Shown one piece after another: positions 24,791 to 39,161 of a stretch of DNA of 64,000 nt. Position 1 is the stretch's first letter. The number at the start of each line of letters is the position of its first letter. The stretch is from Lama glama (taxonomy: Eukaryota), in NCBI GenBank assembly GCA_028534125.1, contig JAPYYK010000119.1, forward strand, positions 310,001 through 374,000, written 5' to 3'. The position numbers and the translations under genes were made by a program. The notes beneath the pieces are model-generated. The model made no database searches and was not told where the DNA came from. It saw only the letters and a list, made by a program, of their open reading frames with translations.

Positions 24791-27084
24791 AAAATAAGTA
24801 ACTTGATTATATGGCATTTTGTAGTTTGCACAGCATTTTTACACAGTTTACTGCATTTTACATTCACAGTAACCCTGTGGGGTTGACACGTGAGTATTTT
24901 GCCATCTGCAATAACGAAAACTATGGATGAGAGAAACTGAGTGCTTTGGTCAAATAGCCATTAACAGGCAGGACCAAGAGTTCTTGAGTTGAGTTCTATA
25001 TTGAAACTCTAAGAAACAGTCCACAGAGCTTCTGGTAATGGTCCTACTTATTAATGGCTATTTGGCCCAGGTACTCAGTTTCTCTCATTCTCAGTTTTGG
25101 TTGCTGCAGATGGCAAACTACGTACTTGCCAACCCCACAGGATTACTGTGAGTACAAAACATAGTAAAGGGCGTAAAGATGCTGGAAGAACCACACAAAG
25201 CGATACAAGCGTAAGGGGTTTTTATCGGTAGGTTGAGGCCCGGTGATGAAAGGCCCTGAACACCAGGCTAAGGGGTTTGCACAAGCCACCAGCCTCTGAC
25301 CCAGAGATCCTTCACTGAGGGGCCCCACTGCCACCCAGGGAAAGTCCAGCTCCCTCCCCTACATAGTGTACTATAATCTGGTACACCAGCTATACACACA
25401 CATTGGGGAACTGGTATAGGTTACACACCTGTAACTCACTTTGTTAAATTAACTTGCTGCAGGTTCAAAATTCTAGGTGCAACCTTCCAGGTTTCCCCAT
25501 TTTCCTCTTCTGTAGACTCACAAGTTTGTGCTCTCGCCTGAACATTGGGTCCACCATTTCAAATTTCTTGTTTTCACAGCTTCCCCGTCAGGCCCACATG
25601 AGGACATTCCTCCCAGCTCCACTGATTCCTGAAGAATCAGACTCTGTCCTGGTCTGGGCTCTGGAATCCACTGCTCACCTTGCATTGAAGATAATTCCTG
25701 CTTCATGTAGGTGAAAACAGTTTAAATTAAGGGTGCGTCTACTCATAGGCGACAGTGTCTCAAAGGATTTGCAGTAGAAGTTTAACTGTCGTTTTGAAAT
25801 TTCTGTTGGTTTTCTTTTTATACTTAATGTTTTGGTTGTTATAAACAATGGATTATTTGCAAAGTTAAAACCATTCAAGGTAAAGAGAAAGTGACCTTCT
25901 CTTTCCTGTGGCCCGTCCACTAACTGCTCTCACATGCGACACCATTTCTCCATGATCAGATGCTTTTGCCTAGATTTACTGGTCTCCTTACTCCAGTGGT
26001 CTCTGGACTAGACGCTTTCGCCTGGTCTTGCTTTCTTCCCATCCAGTCTCCACAATGGTGCCAGAATGGTTGTTCTGAACACGCAGATCTGCTTGTGCCT
26101 TTCCTTTGCTTCCCTGGCACAGCACACAGCTCTCCCTGACCTCCTCCCCTGCCATTCTTTCCATCCTTCACTCCCCAGTCCCAGCGTCACATCCTTTCAG
26201 TCACACCCCCACCCACTGCACTCCAAGCCAGCCATGGTCTTTCATGGTTGGCCCTTTCACATGCTATTTCCTGGAGTTTCTGCTCAGCATCCTCATATTC
26301 AGAAGTATCCACTCTCATGTCTATCAATCCCTTCTCTGTGAAGACTCCTTGATGGGGAGGCCCTCCCATCCTCCACACCCCCACCCCAAGCATCATGGAT
26401 TCAGGCTTTCCTCCCAGCACTTCATGCAAAATTAACTCCACTGGGGCACGACTCATATTGCGTTATCAGTTTGTTTGCTCATTCACTGCCTCACTAGATG
26501 CTAAGCCTTTTATTTTTCCAAGCCTGGGTATCTAGGACAGCTGAACCCAACAAACGGTTGTTAAACAAATGAATAATGTACCCAAAGCCTTAACTTTAGA
26601 AAGTACTCTGCAAATCTTGGTCCCCTTTCACCCTTTTCTCTGTCCTCTATTCTATTTAGTTCCTAAAAACAGTCATTTTCATTTCAGCTCAACCTGGATC
26701 ACCATATGGGGACCCCAACCACAAACGTCCACTGTGAGAGATCATGCTGCCAGTCATGATGAAGAGGCTGTTTTCTATTTGCAGGCAGTCTAGAGTGAAA
26801 GAAAAATCCTCACATCCATCAACTCTATTTCAACTCTCTTGCCTGAAATCAAGCTTTCAGTTACACTTTGCAGAGAAATGGTTTTGTCATATTCATTTCT
26901 ACCCATGCCTTGTAAAACAGAATTTTATCCAACAGAGTAGTGACAGAAAAGAAAAATAAAGGTGATATACCAACCAAATTAAACTAGAAATTCAGGTCAG
27001 AATTGCACCCCTTCTCCGTGCCGTGCTACGTGTGAGCTAGGTCTATACGTATGTTCTTCTCTCCGGCTAGAATAGTTTATTTAG

Positions 27085-27297
27085 TTCAGGTTTCTCAATG
27101 TTGGTGCAATTGATATTTTGGGCCAGATAATTCTTTGTTGTGGGCTGTCCAGTGCATCTTAGGCCATTTTCGGTATCCCTTGCCTCTCTCCAGTAGACGC
27201 CAGGAGCACCCCCACCCCAACAGAGACAACCCAAAATGCCTCAAGACAAGGCTAAATGTCCCCTGGGAGGCAAAATCACTTCTGCTTAAGAATCATG
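27085..27297. mobile_element. MER20 (hAT-Charlie MITE)
   Basis: tttctcaatgttggtgcaattgatattttgggccagataattctttgttgtggg...aaatgtcccctgggaggcaaaatc matches the recalled MER20 consensus. Confidence 0.85.
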
Positions 27298-28277
27298 GAC
27301 TTAACTCTTTCTGCTCACCCTTTGTATTTTACTAATGTGTCACCACCTCTTGGAAGCCTTTCTTGACTCCTCAAAATGGATCAAATGTCCCATTTCATGT
27401 TCTTATAACATCGTACACCATTACTTCAGAATATACATCAAAGATGGCAATTATATATTTATTAGCATGCTCATTTGCTTGTTTTTCTTCTAGTCTATAA
27501 GATCCGTGAAAGTGGAAACTGGGTCTATTCCTCTCACCGCTGTGCGCCTTAGCACAGTACTAGATCGTATTGGGTACCCTGTAAACAAGCACTGTGTGAA
27601 AGAGAGAATGGGAAGGCAGAGGTCAAGGTTGTAATCTCTGCCCTCAGTAGCAAAATTCAAAAAAGTTCAGAGGAAACATCAGTATGTTTCTGAGAAGTAT
27701 CTAAGAAGCAATGTAGTTCAAGGCAGATGGAAACTTGTAAATAACACTCCATATACTTGAAAGACAGTGGACAGCAGCTATGAAACTAATGCAGCAGGAA
27801 GGTCTCTGATGAGACACTGTCGGGCTGTGAAGGGGTGGGCGTGGTTGTGGAGTCATCTGCAAGAACTGTGCCGTGGAGGCTAACACTAGCCCAGCAGAAG
27901 AGGAGGCTCACGTAGCAGACAACAGGAAGAGCTTGACAATTCCCTGTTTACATGGCAGGACTCCATCTGCATGAAAAGCAGCAACAGCAGCCGTGGCCCT
28001 TAAGGGAACCCAGGACAGGGAGAAGCTAGAGGAGCATGCAACCATCAGCTCCCAGTTTCTGATACATTCTGTATCCAAGGCTAAACTCAAAACACAGTAA
28101 ACATTTTAAAATTTCCTTTACTGAATGAAAAACAGATCATTCTCCCAAAGTAGGAACAATTTTCTCTTACCTATCTGCTGTCGACCCCTTTTCCAAATAA
28201 GAGTTCTTAAATTGTGCTCATCTTTTCTTACCCTAAACCTTTTGCTTTGATTTCTTTAATGTTTGTTTGATAGAGGG

Positions 28278-28700
28278 GTGTTAGAGTCAGGGTCTTGGCA
28301 GGGAAAAGATGGGCACGATCAAGGGATTGTTTACAGGATGGGCTGAGAGACTGCGAGGACAGTGCTATATCTAGGGTCTCACAGAGAGGCACCCTTGTCA
28401 CCTCTAGGCACGAAGGGGTACAGGAGAGGAGGGAGGTGACAGAACAGAGAGAGACTGCTACATGGATAGAGAGGGCCACCTGGCCTTAGAAGAGGACACA
28501 GCCAGCCTGCAGTGAGCAGGCACGGAAGGAGCACAGAAAATGCATCAGTACCCTCTTTGCTCTCATTCCCACCCCTACCTCTCCTTCATCTGCTGTTGCC
28601 CCTTATGTAGCAATCGAGCAGGCAAGGTCACCAGCTGATTCAGTCCACAAAGGTGAGCCTCTGGGGCCCAGGACAGGAAGAAGGGGGTGAAGAGGACGTG
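28278..28700. mobile_element. Ancient ERVL-class LTR fragment (subfamily uncertain)
   Basis: tgttagagtcagggtcttggcagggaaaagatgggcac...gggattgtttacagg resembles ERVL/MaLR LTR termini. Confidence 0.45.
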
Positions 28701-30174
28701 GAGGGGCAGCAGAAAATATCCAGCACTGTATCATTACACACCACTCCCAGGGGGTGGACGATAATGTTATTTCAGACTTAACACCAACAATAGCCACTGA
28801 TATTGCAACGTAGTTTTTTTACTGGGAGATAGAGGTACTTCCAAGTATGTGGATACTTTGAAAGTAGACACAATATAGAGAAATCCCGCATGACTGTCTC
28901 AGAGACTTGATCATTTCCATAGTCATGGTAGTGACTCAGACTAGGAACTAGGCTAGCCCTGGCCCCCAATTACACTCTTGAGCATGGCTGCATGAAAGAA
29001 CCTGAAAAAAACTTAACTTGCTTCTGCCTCTCTTTTAGGGGTGTGATAGGATTACCCAACAGAGGCTTCTTAACTTCCCTGTGAAGGAAGAAGGAGCAGC
29101 AGGTGTGAGAAGAGTCATCATGGCCCTTTGAGGAAGTTTAGAGGGAGGTAGAGAGGGAGACAAAGAAAGAGAGGGAGAGGGAGGGCGGGAGGGAGAGAAG
29201 CAACTGTTGGGATGAGGGGGACCTTGGGGCAATAGGTGGCTAAAAAGGAATGTTAGGATGCGTGCCTGTGTGTCATGCAACATTACATCTCTCTCCTTGG
29301 GGTTTTCTGAGACCTAAAGACGTATATTGCTTCCCAATTTTTAATTTAAATATGAAGCTGTTCAGATAGAGACCCGAAGTCATCCCAGCCTTCTGTAGGA
29401 GACAGAAGCAAAGAGCAGATGGCCATCTGGACAAGGGCCCTAGAGCCAGAAGGAAAACACAAAAACCATGAGAACTCAGAGATGCCAGCCTCAGCAGGAT
29501 GCCTCGGTGAACTCTCCCCTACGCTCACCCACATTTTCCCAGAAGAGAGAGCACTTTCAACAAGGGTGATATGAAGAGAGTACAGCCTAGTTCAACACAC
29601 TGACAGGTGCAAACATTAAGAAATGGGATGGCAGCCACACTCACTAGACAGAGCCCATCTCGGAATAATGAAGGCTACTGGGGTTGCTCCTAGTTGCTGA
29701 GATCAAGGCTGGGCTTCTGCCTGTCCCATCTCTAGAGTCCTGAACCGGGCTTGTCGCCCATGCTCCCATCTGTCCTGCTCATTACTTGGCACTCTTTCCT
29801 GTTCACAGCCTTGGCCTCCACCTGTCTGTGCCTTTGATGAACCCTTTCTACAACCTCTAGCCCTAGCATGCATTTGAATTCCGAGCCTTGATCGCTGTTT
29901 TCTCAGCAATATATTTCTTCTAACCTTATTTGGGATTCTTGACAGTCTTGGCTTGAGATGTATACTATTCCTACATCATAACCAGGACCAGTTGCTAAAC
30001 CAAGTTCATGACACTATCCTCAGGGTACTCCAGCCTGGTCAACTACCTCAATTCCTGCAAACCAATATTATATCACTAATATTCATAGGTTTTTTTTCCC
30101 TATAAGCCTAGAACTTTGAATGAATCCTTTCTTGTAATCCACAGGAAATATGTATCTGTAGGAGAATACTGCCT

Positions 30175-30295
30175 TTCCTGTTTTACAGATGACAATATGA
30201 AAGCATAGGAAGGTTGAGCAACGTGTCTAAGGTCAGGCAGCCAGCTGGTGGTGAAGCTGGCGCTGGAACCTAGGCAGTCAGAATGCTGAGCCTAT
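30175..30295 (-). mobile_element. MIR SINE fragment
   Basis: ttttacagatgac...gaaggttgagcaacgtgtctaaggtca...gaacctaggcagtc. Confidence 0.7.
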
Positions 30296-31133
30296 GCTTT
30301 CAGCCACGTGTTGTAGGGTATTTCTAACCCTCCGGAAAGGGGATGACCCAGGTCCTTCGCATCGCCTGCCTTCTTTCCGGTCTGGAACACCCTCCCTCAT
30401 TCTGCACATGGTGAGCTCCTTCTCACCCTTCAAGTCGTGGCTTATATGTTTCCTCCTCAGAGAGGCCTCCCTGTTCACCTGTCGGCAGGTAGTCTTCCCT
30501 GCTTATCTTCTCTCATCCTGCTCTTTTCCTGTGTTACATTTATCCCAACACATATTCTTTTGTGTGTCTACTTGTCTAATGTTTTATCTTGCTCTGCAAG
30601 GGCTGGCTCTGTTTCGCTCGGCATCCTATCCCCCATGCTCAGCTCAGCAACTCACCCACAGTGGTCAATATTTTTGGAATAAAGGAATAAAATGAATAGA
30701 CTTCCTTCTGGCATTCTCCTCACCCTAGGACCTTCCAAAATTCCATCCAGTACTTAAATTGTTGAGTTTGTGGCAAATGCTTTTTGCTGTTTGCTTCCTG
30801 CTGAGAAAGCAAACATTCATCCTTTGAAGGCAGATTTCATTTTTAGAGACAGATAAAAGCCTTTGAGATCACATTTGCAATGAGCAAGTTTGTCACAACC
30901 AGGCAATCTAACCCGGATTCAAAAGTGCCTTGTGATTATAAAATAATAAGGCTGTGCATGTATGTTCTACAGACACTACAGAAGAGGGCTTCTATTGGCT
31001 GCCCAATGGCGGTGCTTCTAACCAGTGTACAATCTGCAGGGAACAACACAATTGGTTGCATGCATCCTAGCACAGCTGTTCAAAGTTAGCCTCATTGCAT
31101 TCTAATCAGATTTCCCATGTGCCTCACTTAGTC

Positions 31134-32471
31134 CAGTGTCCTCAAATTTTTTGGATGTAGGACCCTTCTATATTCTTAAAAAGCATTCAAGATCCCCAAA
31201 GAGCTTTTGTAATAAAGATTATACTATCAATACCACACTAAAAATTAAAACTGAGAAATTTAAAAAACATCTACCTATTAGATAACTTAAAATTACATTT
31301 CTTTTGATATGTTGCTTTGGGGGGAAAAATCCCCCCAAAGTGTCACCCAGATATGTGTTTGGAAAAGAAAAAGAACAGCCTTTTCAGATGATGATATTAT
31401 GCCAAATCTTAACAATTAGTAGTTTCTTAAAGATTAGTTCAATGTGAAATAAGAAACCACATTAATGAGACTTTTGTACTTTGTCACATTAAACTCGATT
31501 CCCCTATCTTGCAAGATTTGGTTTGATCCATGCATGATTTTGTAATATGTATTTGATCACTTAGAAAATATTGTTCACTGAGTTATGCACATCTTCCAAA
31601 AGTTTGTGCATTTTATCATATAATATCAAAAAATAACATTCATTAATATCACTACTAACATTGTCAGAAAAATCTTTTAAGTATTGGGAAGTTGTCAAGT
31701 TCATGGTGGCAGATATGAATTTTCCAAATTTAGTAAATTTATTCATTTTTGTTTGAAAGCTTGTATTTTATCGTTGGCAACAAATATGGTCAGTTATTTT
31801 CCTTAATAGTGGTAGGCCCACTTATTCCATTTCAAGAAAATGCCTACAAAATAACCATGAAGAAAAGAGGTAGTTTAGCTCATAATTCAATTACACATAT
31901 GCCTTCTTTGAGCTACATTTGGCGTACAGCAAGTGTTGTATTCTATTTGCCATTGCCTCCAATGGAATGTTTAGGAAGATACATATTCAAGGTTCAAGAT
32001 TAAATGAAATTAATAATTTGTACTGCCCCACCAAGGGAATTCNNNNNNNNNNNNNNNNNNNNNNNNNNNNNNNNNNNNNNNNNNNNNNNNNNNNNNNNNN
32101 NNNNNNNNNNNNNNNNNNNNNNNNNNNNNNNNNNNNNNNNNNNNNNNNNNNNNNNNNNNNNNNNNNNNNNNNNNNNNNNNNNNNNNNNNNNNNNNNNNNN
32201 NNNNNNNNNNNNNNNNNNNNNNNNNNNNNNNNNNNNNNNNNNNNNNNNNNGCAGTTAAGAACACAACGACTGCTGCCTGGTATCTTGATCTGTGCAAAGG
32301 CACCAACAGGTCTGACCGCCACTGCTTTCACACCATCAGTGCAAATGTCAACACAGCAGCAAGGGCAGATCACATATTAGTATTCTAATGAAATAGTTTT
32401 GACCTTCCTAATCCCCTGAAAGGGTCTTGCGGACTTCTAGAAGTCTGCAGACCACTCTCTGAGAACTGCTG
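31134..32471 (-). mobile_element. Charlie1a-like hAT DNA transposon (~1.3 kb) with transposase remnant
   Basis: TIR-like ends CAGTGTCCTCAAA / TGAGAACTGCTG. Minus-strand translation CVDICTDGVKA resembles the hAT catalytic TDGA motif region. No intact ORF. Confidence 0.85.
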
Positions 32472-34555
32472 TGTCCGTCTGTCTATGAAACTTTCCAAGA
32501 ACCTCTACGAAGGTGTGGCATTATCTTCCAGGATAAGAGACCAGACAGTACACCTGTACACCAGGGTAAGCCTGAAACTGGAACATGGCTCAAAAACCGC
32601 GAGAGGAAAAAGAACGTGTGAGAAGAGACTGGGTTCTAGACAAGACAAGGAATTTTTGTTACAATGTGTTTGGATACAAACACATGATAGTGGCACTGAT
32701 TCTAAAATCTGCTTTTCTTGGCCGACAACATGCTTCAAGAACACTCGCAATGGTCACTGTCTCTTGCTGGCTTCTTCTAATTCCAGTTTCTCAGAGTACA
32801 AACTCCAGAAATGTGAGTTTGCTTCTGAGGGGAAAGGCCACAGGAATTCAGGGAGGAAATGACTTAATCTGTAATCAGATTTTGCTTTTTAGCACAAATT
32901 CGGTTGCTTCTTACCAGTATGATTTGAATTCTCACTTCTGGCTAATTTCACTTCATCTTGTTTCTTTCCAGAATGCTTATGGTAGTGCTCAGCAGCTAAT
33001 TAATCAATGCCTGATGACGTCTGGGAGAGGACAACTTTGTGGATAAGATAATGACTTCTTTGGGAGAGCAGCTTTATTTTTAAAATGCACAGCATAATCA
33101 TGCCTTTAAAGAATGTTGCTGCCGTACAGCTGAGTAGCGCAAACGGGTTGTGTCATGGAGCAGTGAGCAGGGGCGCCCTTTTCTTAAGAAGTCCCTTTGT
33201 GCAATAGTCAACAACCTAGGATGCTGCGTTTGCATGGCTGACCCTAGGGGAAGGGACGTTGGAGAAGGGGCAATCCAGGTGGAATCTGGATGAGGCAGGA
33301 GAGAGCGGAAGAGACGGGACACATTTGTGACATCGGTGCAGTTTGACTGCTGTCCGGGCAAACAGAGCTTTCTGTCCTTTTGGCATCTTCCCTGACTCTA
33401 AACGGGTGCAGGCAGAGTTCTCCTGGGCAGAGCCCAGCCCACTCCTGGGGATTAAGCTGCCACCAGAACCTCGCACTGGCACTGGGCCAGTGAGCCGGGC
33501 GCACTGAGAGGCTGCTGAGCAGCAAGTCCTGAGACCGTGGAGGGAGAGTACCGGGGTGGACTTGGTGGTGACATCCTGGGAGTGGCCAGCAGCTGCTTCT
33601 GTCCCTGCCCCTAGAGTGGATGATGCGGACTCTGCTGAAGACCCTGACTGATGAATTGCAATCAAGAGAATTTCCCCAGCCTGCTGTGTCAATAGGCAGG
33701 AGGGGAAAGATAATGAAATCTGAACTAGAGAAGAGGAAAGGGAGTCGGAATGTCTTTCTTCTCATGAGGAAAGGCTTGTTGACTGGAGAAAACTCAGTTT
33801 GAGCCAAGGCTGCCCTTGGCAGCAAATATAAGGGTGCCTGACATTCTCAGAAGTACGGCACCGTCATGGGGCATTTCCACGGTTACCTCACCATGGCTGC
33901 ACCTCACTACAACCAAATGAGGTGGGCAAAGGGGACAGTGAGCGTCACAACTTGCAGAATGCTGGGGAACATTTCTATCCTAAGGAGCTGCCTGTGCACT
34001 CAAGTCACAAGGCTATTCTTCAGCAAAAATCTAAAGGTAGAAGTGAATGCCAATGTGAGTGCTTGTAGAAAAATTTCTTTTTGATGTCACAAAAAATCCA
34101 AGAAGGACCTAACCTTTCTCGCAAACGTAGAACATTCACAATGAGAACAGAAGGCATTCTGTTCGGGATGTTTCTGACGAGATCGTTACATTTTTCTTCG
34201 CTTTTTTTTCTTCAAAACAAGAATAAAGGCAGCCGGTGACTTTCAGGTTGCCTTAGTCTTGATTACTCCAAGGGCATTAAGAGTTGACAGTGCACACAAT
34301 TCCAGGAATAAGGGTTTGTTTGGTTCCTGGGTAAAATCACCAGTGTCTGGAGCTTTCTCAGCCTTAGACTCCCACGGGCCTCCTGTTGGTACCTAGTGTC
34401 AGAAGAATTGGGAAAAGACTCAACCTCTTTGAACCCCTGCTTCTCATCTGTGAAATGCAATGACAATATCTACTCTGTAAGTGCTAAGGGAGATACAAGG
34501 CAGATAAACATATATAGTGCAATTGCCTGGCACCATAGCCTCGGGTAAACTCATT

Positions 34556-34754
34556 CAGTGGTGTGCTGGTGTAGATTTGTATGAACTCTCAAGAGCTGAT
34601 TGCTGTAGTTCAGGAACTTTGCTAGCTAGCTGCTAAACCACTGGTAGCCTGAAACCGGTCATGGGAAGAGTATTTACACAGTGGAAATCAGCAAACTGCA
34701 AATCAGGGTTCCTCCCTAGCTGGTTGCTAAAGATTTACAAGCATAGCACTACTG
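34556..34754 (+). mobile_element. MER63-like hAT-Blackjack MITE
   Basis: CAGTGGTGTGCTGG start, ...AGCACTACTG end, internal gagtatttacacagtggaaatcagcaaac. Confidence 0.75.
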
Positions 34755-37700
34755 CTCTTAATAAATATTTTTCTCTTTTCTCCTGTTCAATATTGTTCTA
34801 AAAAATAGTATGAACTAAATACTTACTGGGTATAAATGTCAAAAATGTGATGAACTTTTTTCTTTCACTGGGGCAGAGCCTCTGTTCGCTTAAAGCACCA
34901 GTGAAGCAATTGTGGGATTCTAGGCACCCACAAGCTTTGTGGTTACGGCAGACACTGTCGGCTGCCTCCTCAACAAGCATTCCCCCCACCCTTGCCTCTC
35001 TTCCCTCATCGCAGAACTAGATTCCTTGATCTCAGGGAAGTTAAGCTCCGATCCGAATTTATGGCCCCAGAGATAGATTGCAATTGCTCTAGTCACTCCT
35101 GGCCGTGGGATTCTCCTTCGCCGGTCGTTGGTCCAGCAGCATGCATATAACTGAGTTGTGGCTTCTCTTCTCAGATAAAAAAGGAGATCCTTGTTAGAAG
35201 AAAGCCCTTGAGTCTTTTTCTGCCCATTCACTTTGGTATGGGGATGGACTACCTTGTGACCATAAGACATAAGGGAAAAAAACTAACTCCCTGAGGAGGT
35301 CTGAGTGGAAGAGTAGAGAGTGTGTATTTCTGTGATAATGTTACTGAGCCATTGAATGAACTCTGGACCTACCTCTCACCAATAAAAATAAAAAAGTTTG
35401 AAGCATAACTACATTTTTCTATTACTTGCAGTCAAAAGAATTCCTGTCTAACACGGGAGGGCAACATGTTGCAAGTGCAGCTGTCTTTTCAAAGTTCCCT
35501 AGATTATGTTTTGCAGTTAACATCTACTTATAAAGCCCATCCTGGCTCTAATCTCAAAAAGCACAGGGCTCAGAGTGAGAGGGGACCGTACTATGACGAG
35601 GAGGAGACAGGTAGGGGATGGGGAGGGGAGATATTAATGGGTCTGGGGACTTCTTTCTGGACCTGTGTGGACTTATTCAGCTATTATAGCTGAATCAAGC
35701 ATGGATGGACATCACTTTGAAGTTCTTAAAGGGATTTACGGGGTATTCCTCTAGGCACAATATTATTAGGATCTTCTCAGGATTATTTTATCCAGACTTA
35801 CTCTGAATATTTACCAGAAAGGATATCTGGGAAATTCATTCCCAAGTGGCAAGTAAACAGAAAGAAGTTTTACAGGCCTGCTGGAGATGGCGGGGGGGGG
35901 GGGGCTCTCTAGAAGCTGTACCTATCATCCTTCCAAACAAAATCTGAGAAGAATGCGTCATCATACGCGTGAGAAAATAAGAACCTGAGGAGGATGAGGC
36001 TTTTCCAGCAGAGGAAACAGTGAACTCGCACATGACGTACCGGCCAAGTGTCAGAATCTGCTTAGGACTGCCCAGGAGATGGGACTCTTGCAGCCAAGTC
36101 AAAGGACTGCCAACAGCAGCAGAGAAGCAGGGAGGAGGACATTTCAGAGAAGTAGGCAATATAGGCCTTGCTTCCAGGGGCAGCTGGGAAGTAGAGACAG
36201 AGAAATCTCTGCCTGTCGGGATGGTTTCCCTCCACGCCCCACAGCAGGGGTGTTTCCAGATTGCTAGAGGAGCATGGGGTGCAGGAGACAGGAAGTGTGA
36301 TTCAGGAGGGAATGAAAATAGCCCAACGTGCTTCATCTCCCCCCCGGCCCAGGTCCCAGCTCCTCTCTGTCACTGCAGAGTCTGTGATCATGTCTGAAGG
36401 CAACTTCTTCCTATACCCCAAAGGCTAGAAGCTTCCGAGAGCTCAGCTGTCAGGCGAGTGCCCGAGAGGGACAATGACGACAGTGAGAAGCCACATTCAG
36501 GCTCTTCAGCACTGGGAAATGCAGAGAACGCTAGCAAGTCTATGAATGGCCTCTGAGGCTGTTTCGCGCTTATAAAGTCCTCCTTTCTCCTTTTGCTGAA
36601 AACTCCCATGGAAGTGAAAGGAATCTCTGTCTGGTTTATCTCAAAGCGGGGTTTGTAAAAAAAAAAATTTCTTTCAACATTATCTAAGTAGCTCCTTGCT
36701 GGCTAATTTTCAGGGCTAAATATCTCAACTGCTCCAAAACATTTATTTTTCATATTAGTCAAAGAAACTGGTGATGGGGTCTGACATCAGATATATTTTC
36801 CATTTATACATTCTGTTTCTCTTTCTTTAGGGAGAGAGCCAATGCTTAAACCTCTTCAGGAGCTTTTTTTTTTTTTTCAACAACTGCTCACTGATAAGAG
36901 TTCATCAGAATAAAATCAACTTCAGGAAGCAGGGGAGTTACTGCAAAGTGTCCTTGTTATTTGGGATCAATGAACTCCAAATCCCTTAAAACTGTCGCAG
37001 ACCCACAAAAGAAGCCTGTCCCCCTGTAGAAAAGTAAGCAAGAGTGTGCCACGGACACTGGAGAGTCATGGCCTTTATCTGGGGGTGTGAGTGGAATTCC
37101 AGAAGTGATGTCTAAGTGAGTGTGTACACCGCACCACTGCCTCACTTCCCTCATGTCCAGGAAGCAGGCACAAAAAAGCTGTGTGTGTGTATGTGTGTGT
37201 GTAAGCTATAATCATGCTACAATTACATCATTCAAAATAAGACTATAAATAATTTCAGTGACAGAGACACACTCAAGATACCTTAGAAAATGTTTGTTGG
37301 GAGCCACGCTTCTGCTTCGGATGCTACTGCTGCTGATTTTTTAAAAAAATGGGAACCTCCCCCCAAATCCAAATACCCTGCCATTGGGAGATCAGGATAG
37401 GAGTAGCACTGGGTGACAGGGTGGTGGGTGATGTGTCCAAAGTCACACGGGTGGCTTCCTGTTCCTTCCAGTCTGTGCCTCCATTTTATTATTTCTGCTT
37501 TCTCAGAGTTTTTGCTTCCTCATCTTACTCATAGTTTCTGTTTCCTCTTAATTTCTCTGGCCATGTGTGGATCTAACTGTACCTCACAATCTCTCTCAAC
37601 ACACCCTTTCAGCCCCGAGCTGTCTTCTCCCTTCCTCACTCACCACGTGTTTCCACATTCCAGATTCTGGGAGCGAGTTTGATGGCTCAGCTCATCTTTT

Positions 37701-38039
37701 CCTATACAGCTGGCTGTCCCGAGCTGGGCTGCCCTTAGACACAGCCAGCTGTAACCTAGGCAAAGGATCACGCGGTCCAAACGGTGGCAGTCTTGACAGT
37801 CTCTTGCTTGGGGGCAGTGGATGGGGCAGTTAATAGGAGATTGTTAGGAGTTTGGGTACCACAATTGACACGTCTAATGTAAATGTGTGAGTGTGCAGTT
37901 AAAATGTCCTCTTAGTTTAAATTTCTATTAAGGATTTTTAATATTGGATTTGTCTCACAGGAATAAAGTTCATATGTGTGTGTATGTATGTCTGCCTTAT
38001 CCTGAATAAGAATTCTGAGTGAAAAAAAGTACCAAAGAA

Positions 38040-38335
38040 CATGCATCTCAATTGAAATGTTGCCTCCTCATGGAGTGTTTCCTGACCATCAAATCTGAAG
38101 GAACCACTGAGTCACTTGCCCCCAACTCCCCATCACTTCCTTTATTTTCTTCATGGTTCTTATTACCTGAAATTATATTAAAAAATAATTTAGTGCCTCT
38201 CTTCCCCTCCCCCTGAGACCATAAGCTTCTTGAGGGCAGGGACTTGGCTGATCTTGTTTACCATTTTATTCTCCAGCACCTGAGACAGTAACAGGCACAA
38301 TTAAATATGAGTTAAACAAATGAATTAATAAATAA
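38040..38335 (+). mobile_element. L2 LINE 3' end
   Basis: taagcttcttgagggcagggac...ccagcacctgagacagtaacaggcaca...aatgaattaataaat. Confidence 0.75.
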
Positions 38336-38956
38336 ATGGAGTCGATGATGAATGCATCGGAGAACTCCAGCTTTAGTGTATATAAGAATCATTGGTTCTT
38401 GTTAAAAATGCTGATTCTTTACAGATACCATGATTGAGCTTTTCTGGGGAAGAGCCCAGGATTCATCACAGTAAACAACCAGTCAGTGATTCTGATGTGA
38501 GTTTGCAAAGACCACATTTTGATGTACACTGATGGAGTTGAACCTGCAAGAACTTTGACTTGAAATTCCCCACCCAATCAATACAATAACAAACGTGAGA
38601 TTACAGGGGCGAGCACTTGGAAGCTTGGAGCTTGTTCCCTGTGTCATCAAGGGCTGTCATGAGCTATGTCCTATCAACTAGTCTGTTGTTCACAACCAGA
38701 TCATTGGCTGCTTTTACCAGAAGAAAGAGAAATGGATGCTGGGCCAGCATAAACAGCAGATTTCCACTACAAATATCTTGGCAAGATAGCATCACTCCCA
38801 AACTCCTTTTCGTGGTGGTGAGGAATATTTCATGACCTGATTTCTGAAGACCCACCCAGCCACACCTGTCACAGCTAACCAGTCTCACTATTAACAGGGA
38901 AATGCTGACCTTCTGGCAGCTTCTACCAGACCACCATGCTCTTTATCACCTCTGGG

Positions 38957-39161
38957 CAATGGCATGTTGGTAAATGTTCATCAACCAGATCTTCCAGGGC
39001 AAAGAAGTCCTGCTAAGTTGTGTTTGCCAATTTCTGTGGTGTAAATTCTCCCACCATGACTGAGTTCAGGCTGTCAGCATCAAGTCACTAAATGTGAGGT
39101 TGGGAGGAGAGGCGCACAACTAGCTCTTCTGGGAGGTATGCATGGGCTCCAGCCACCACTT
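38957..39161 (-). mobile_element. MER63A-like hAT-Blackjack MITE
   Basis: tttgccaatttctgtggtgtaaattctcccaccatg...ggctccagccaccact is the reverse of the MER63A consensus. Confidence 0.75.

Noticed and set aside
31987-32373. Possible domesticated hAT transposase gene
   Set aside because: Only a short degenerate motif within an internally deleted Charlie1a-like element, and the ORF is mostly N.
33216-33825. Overlapping 158-193 aa minus-strand ORFs
   Set aside because: No domain similarity recognised, composition typical of GC-rich non-coding DNA, and no supporting exon structure.
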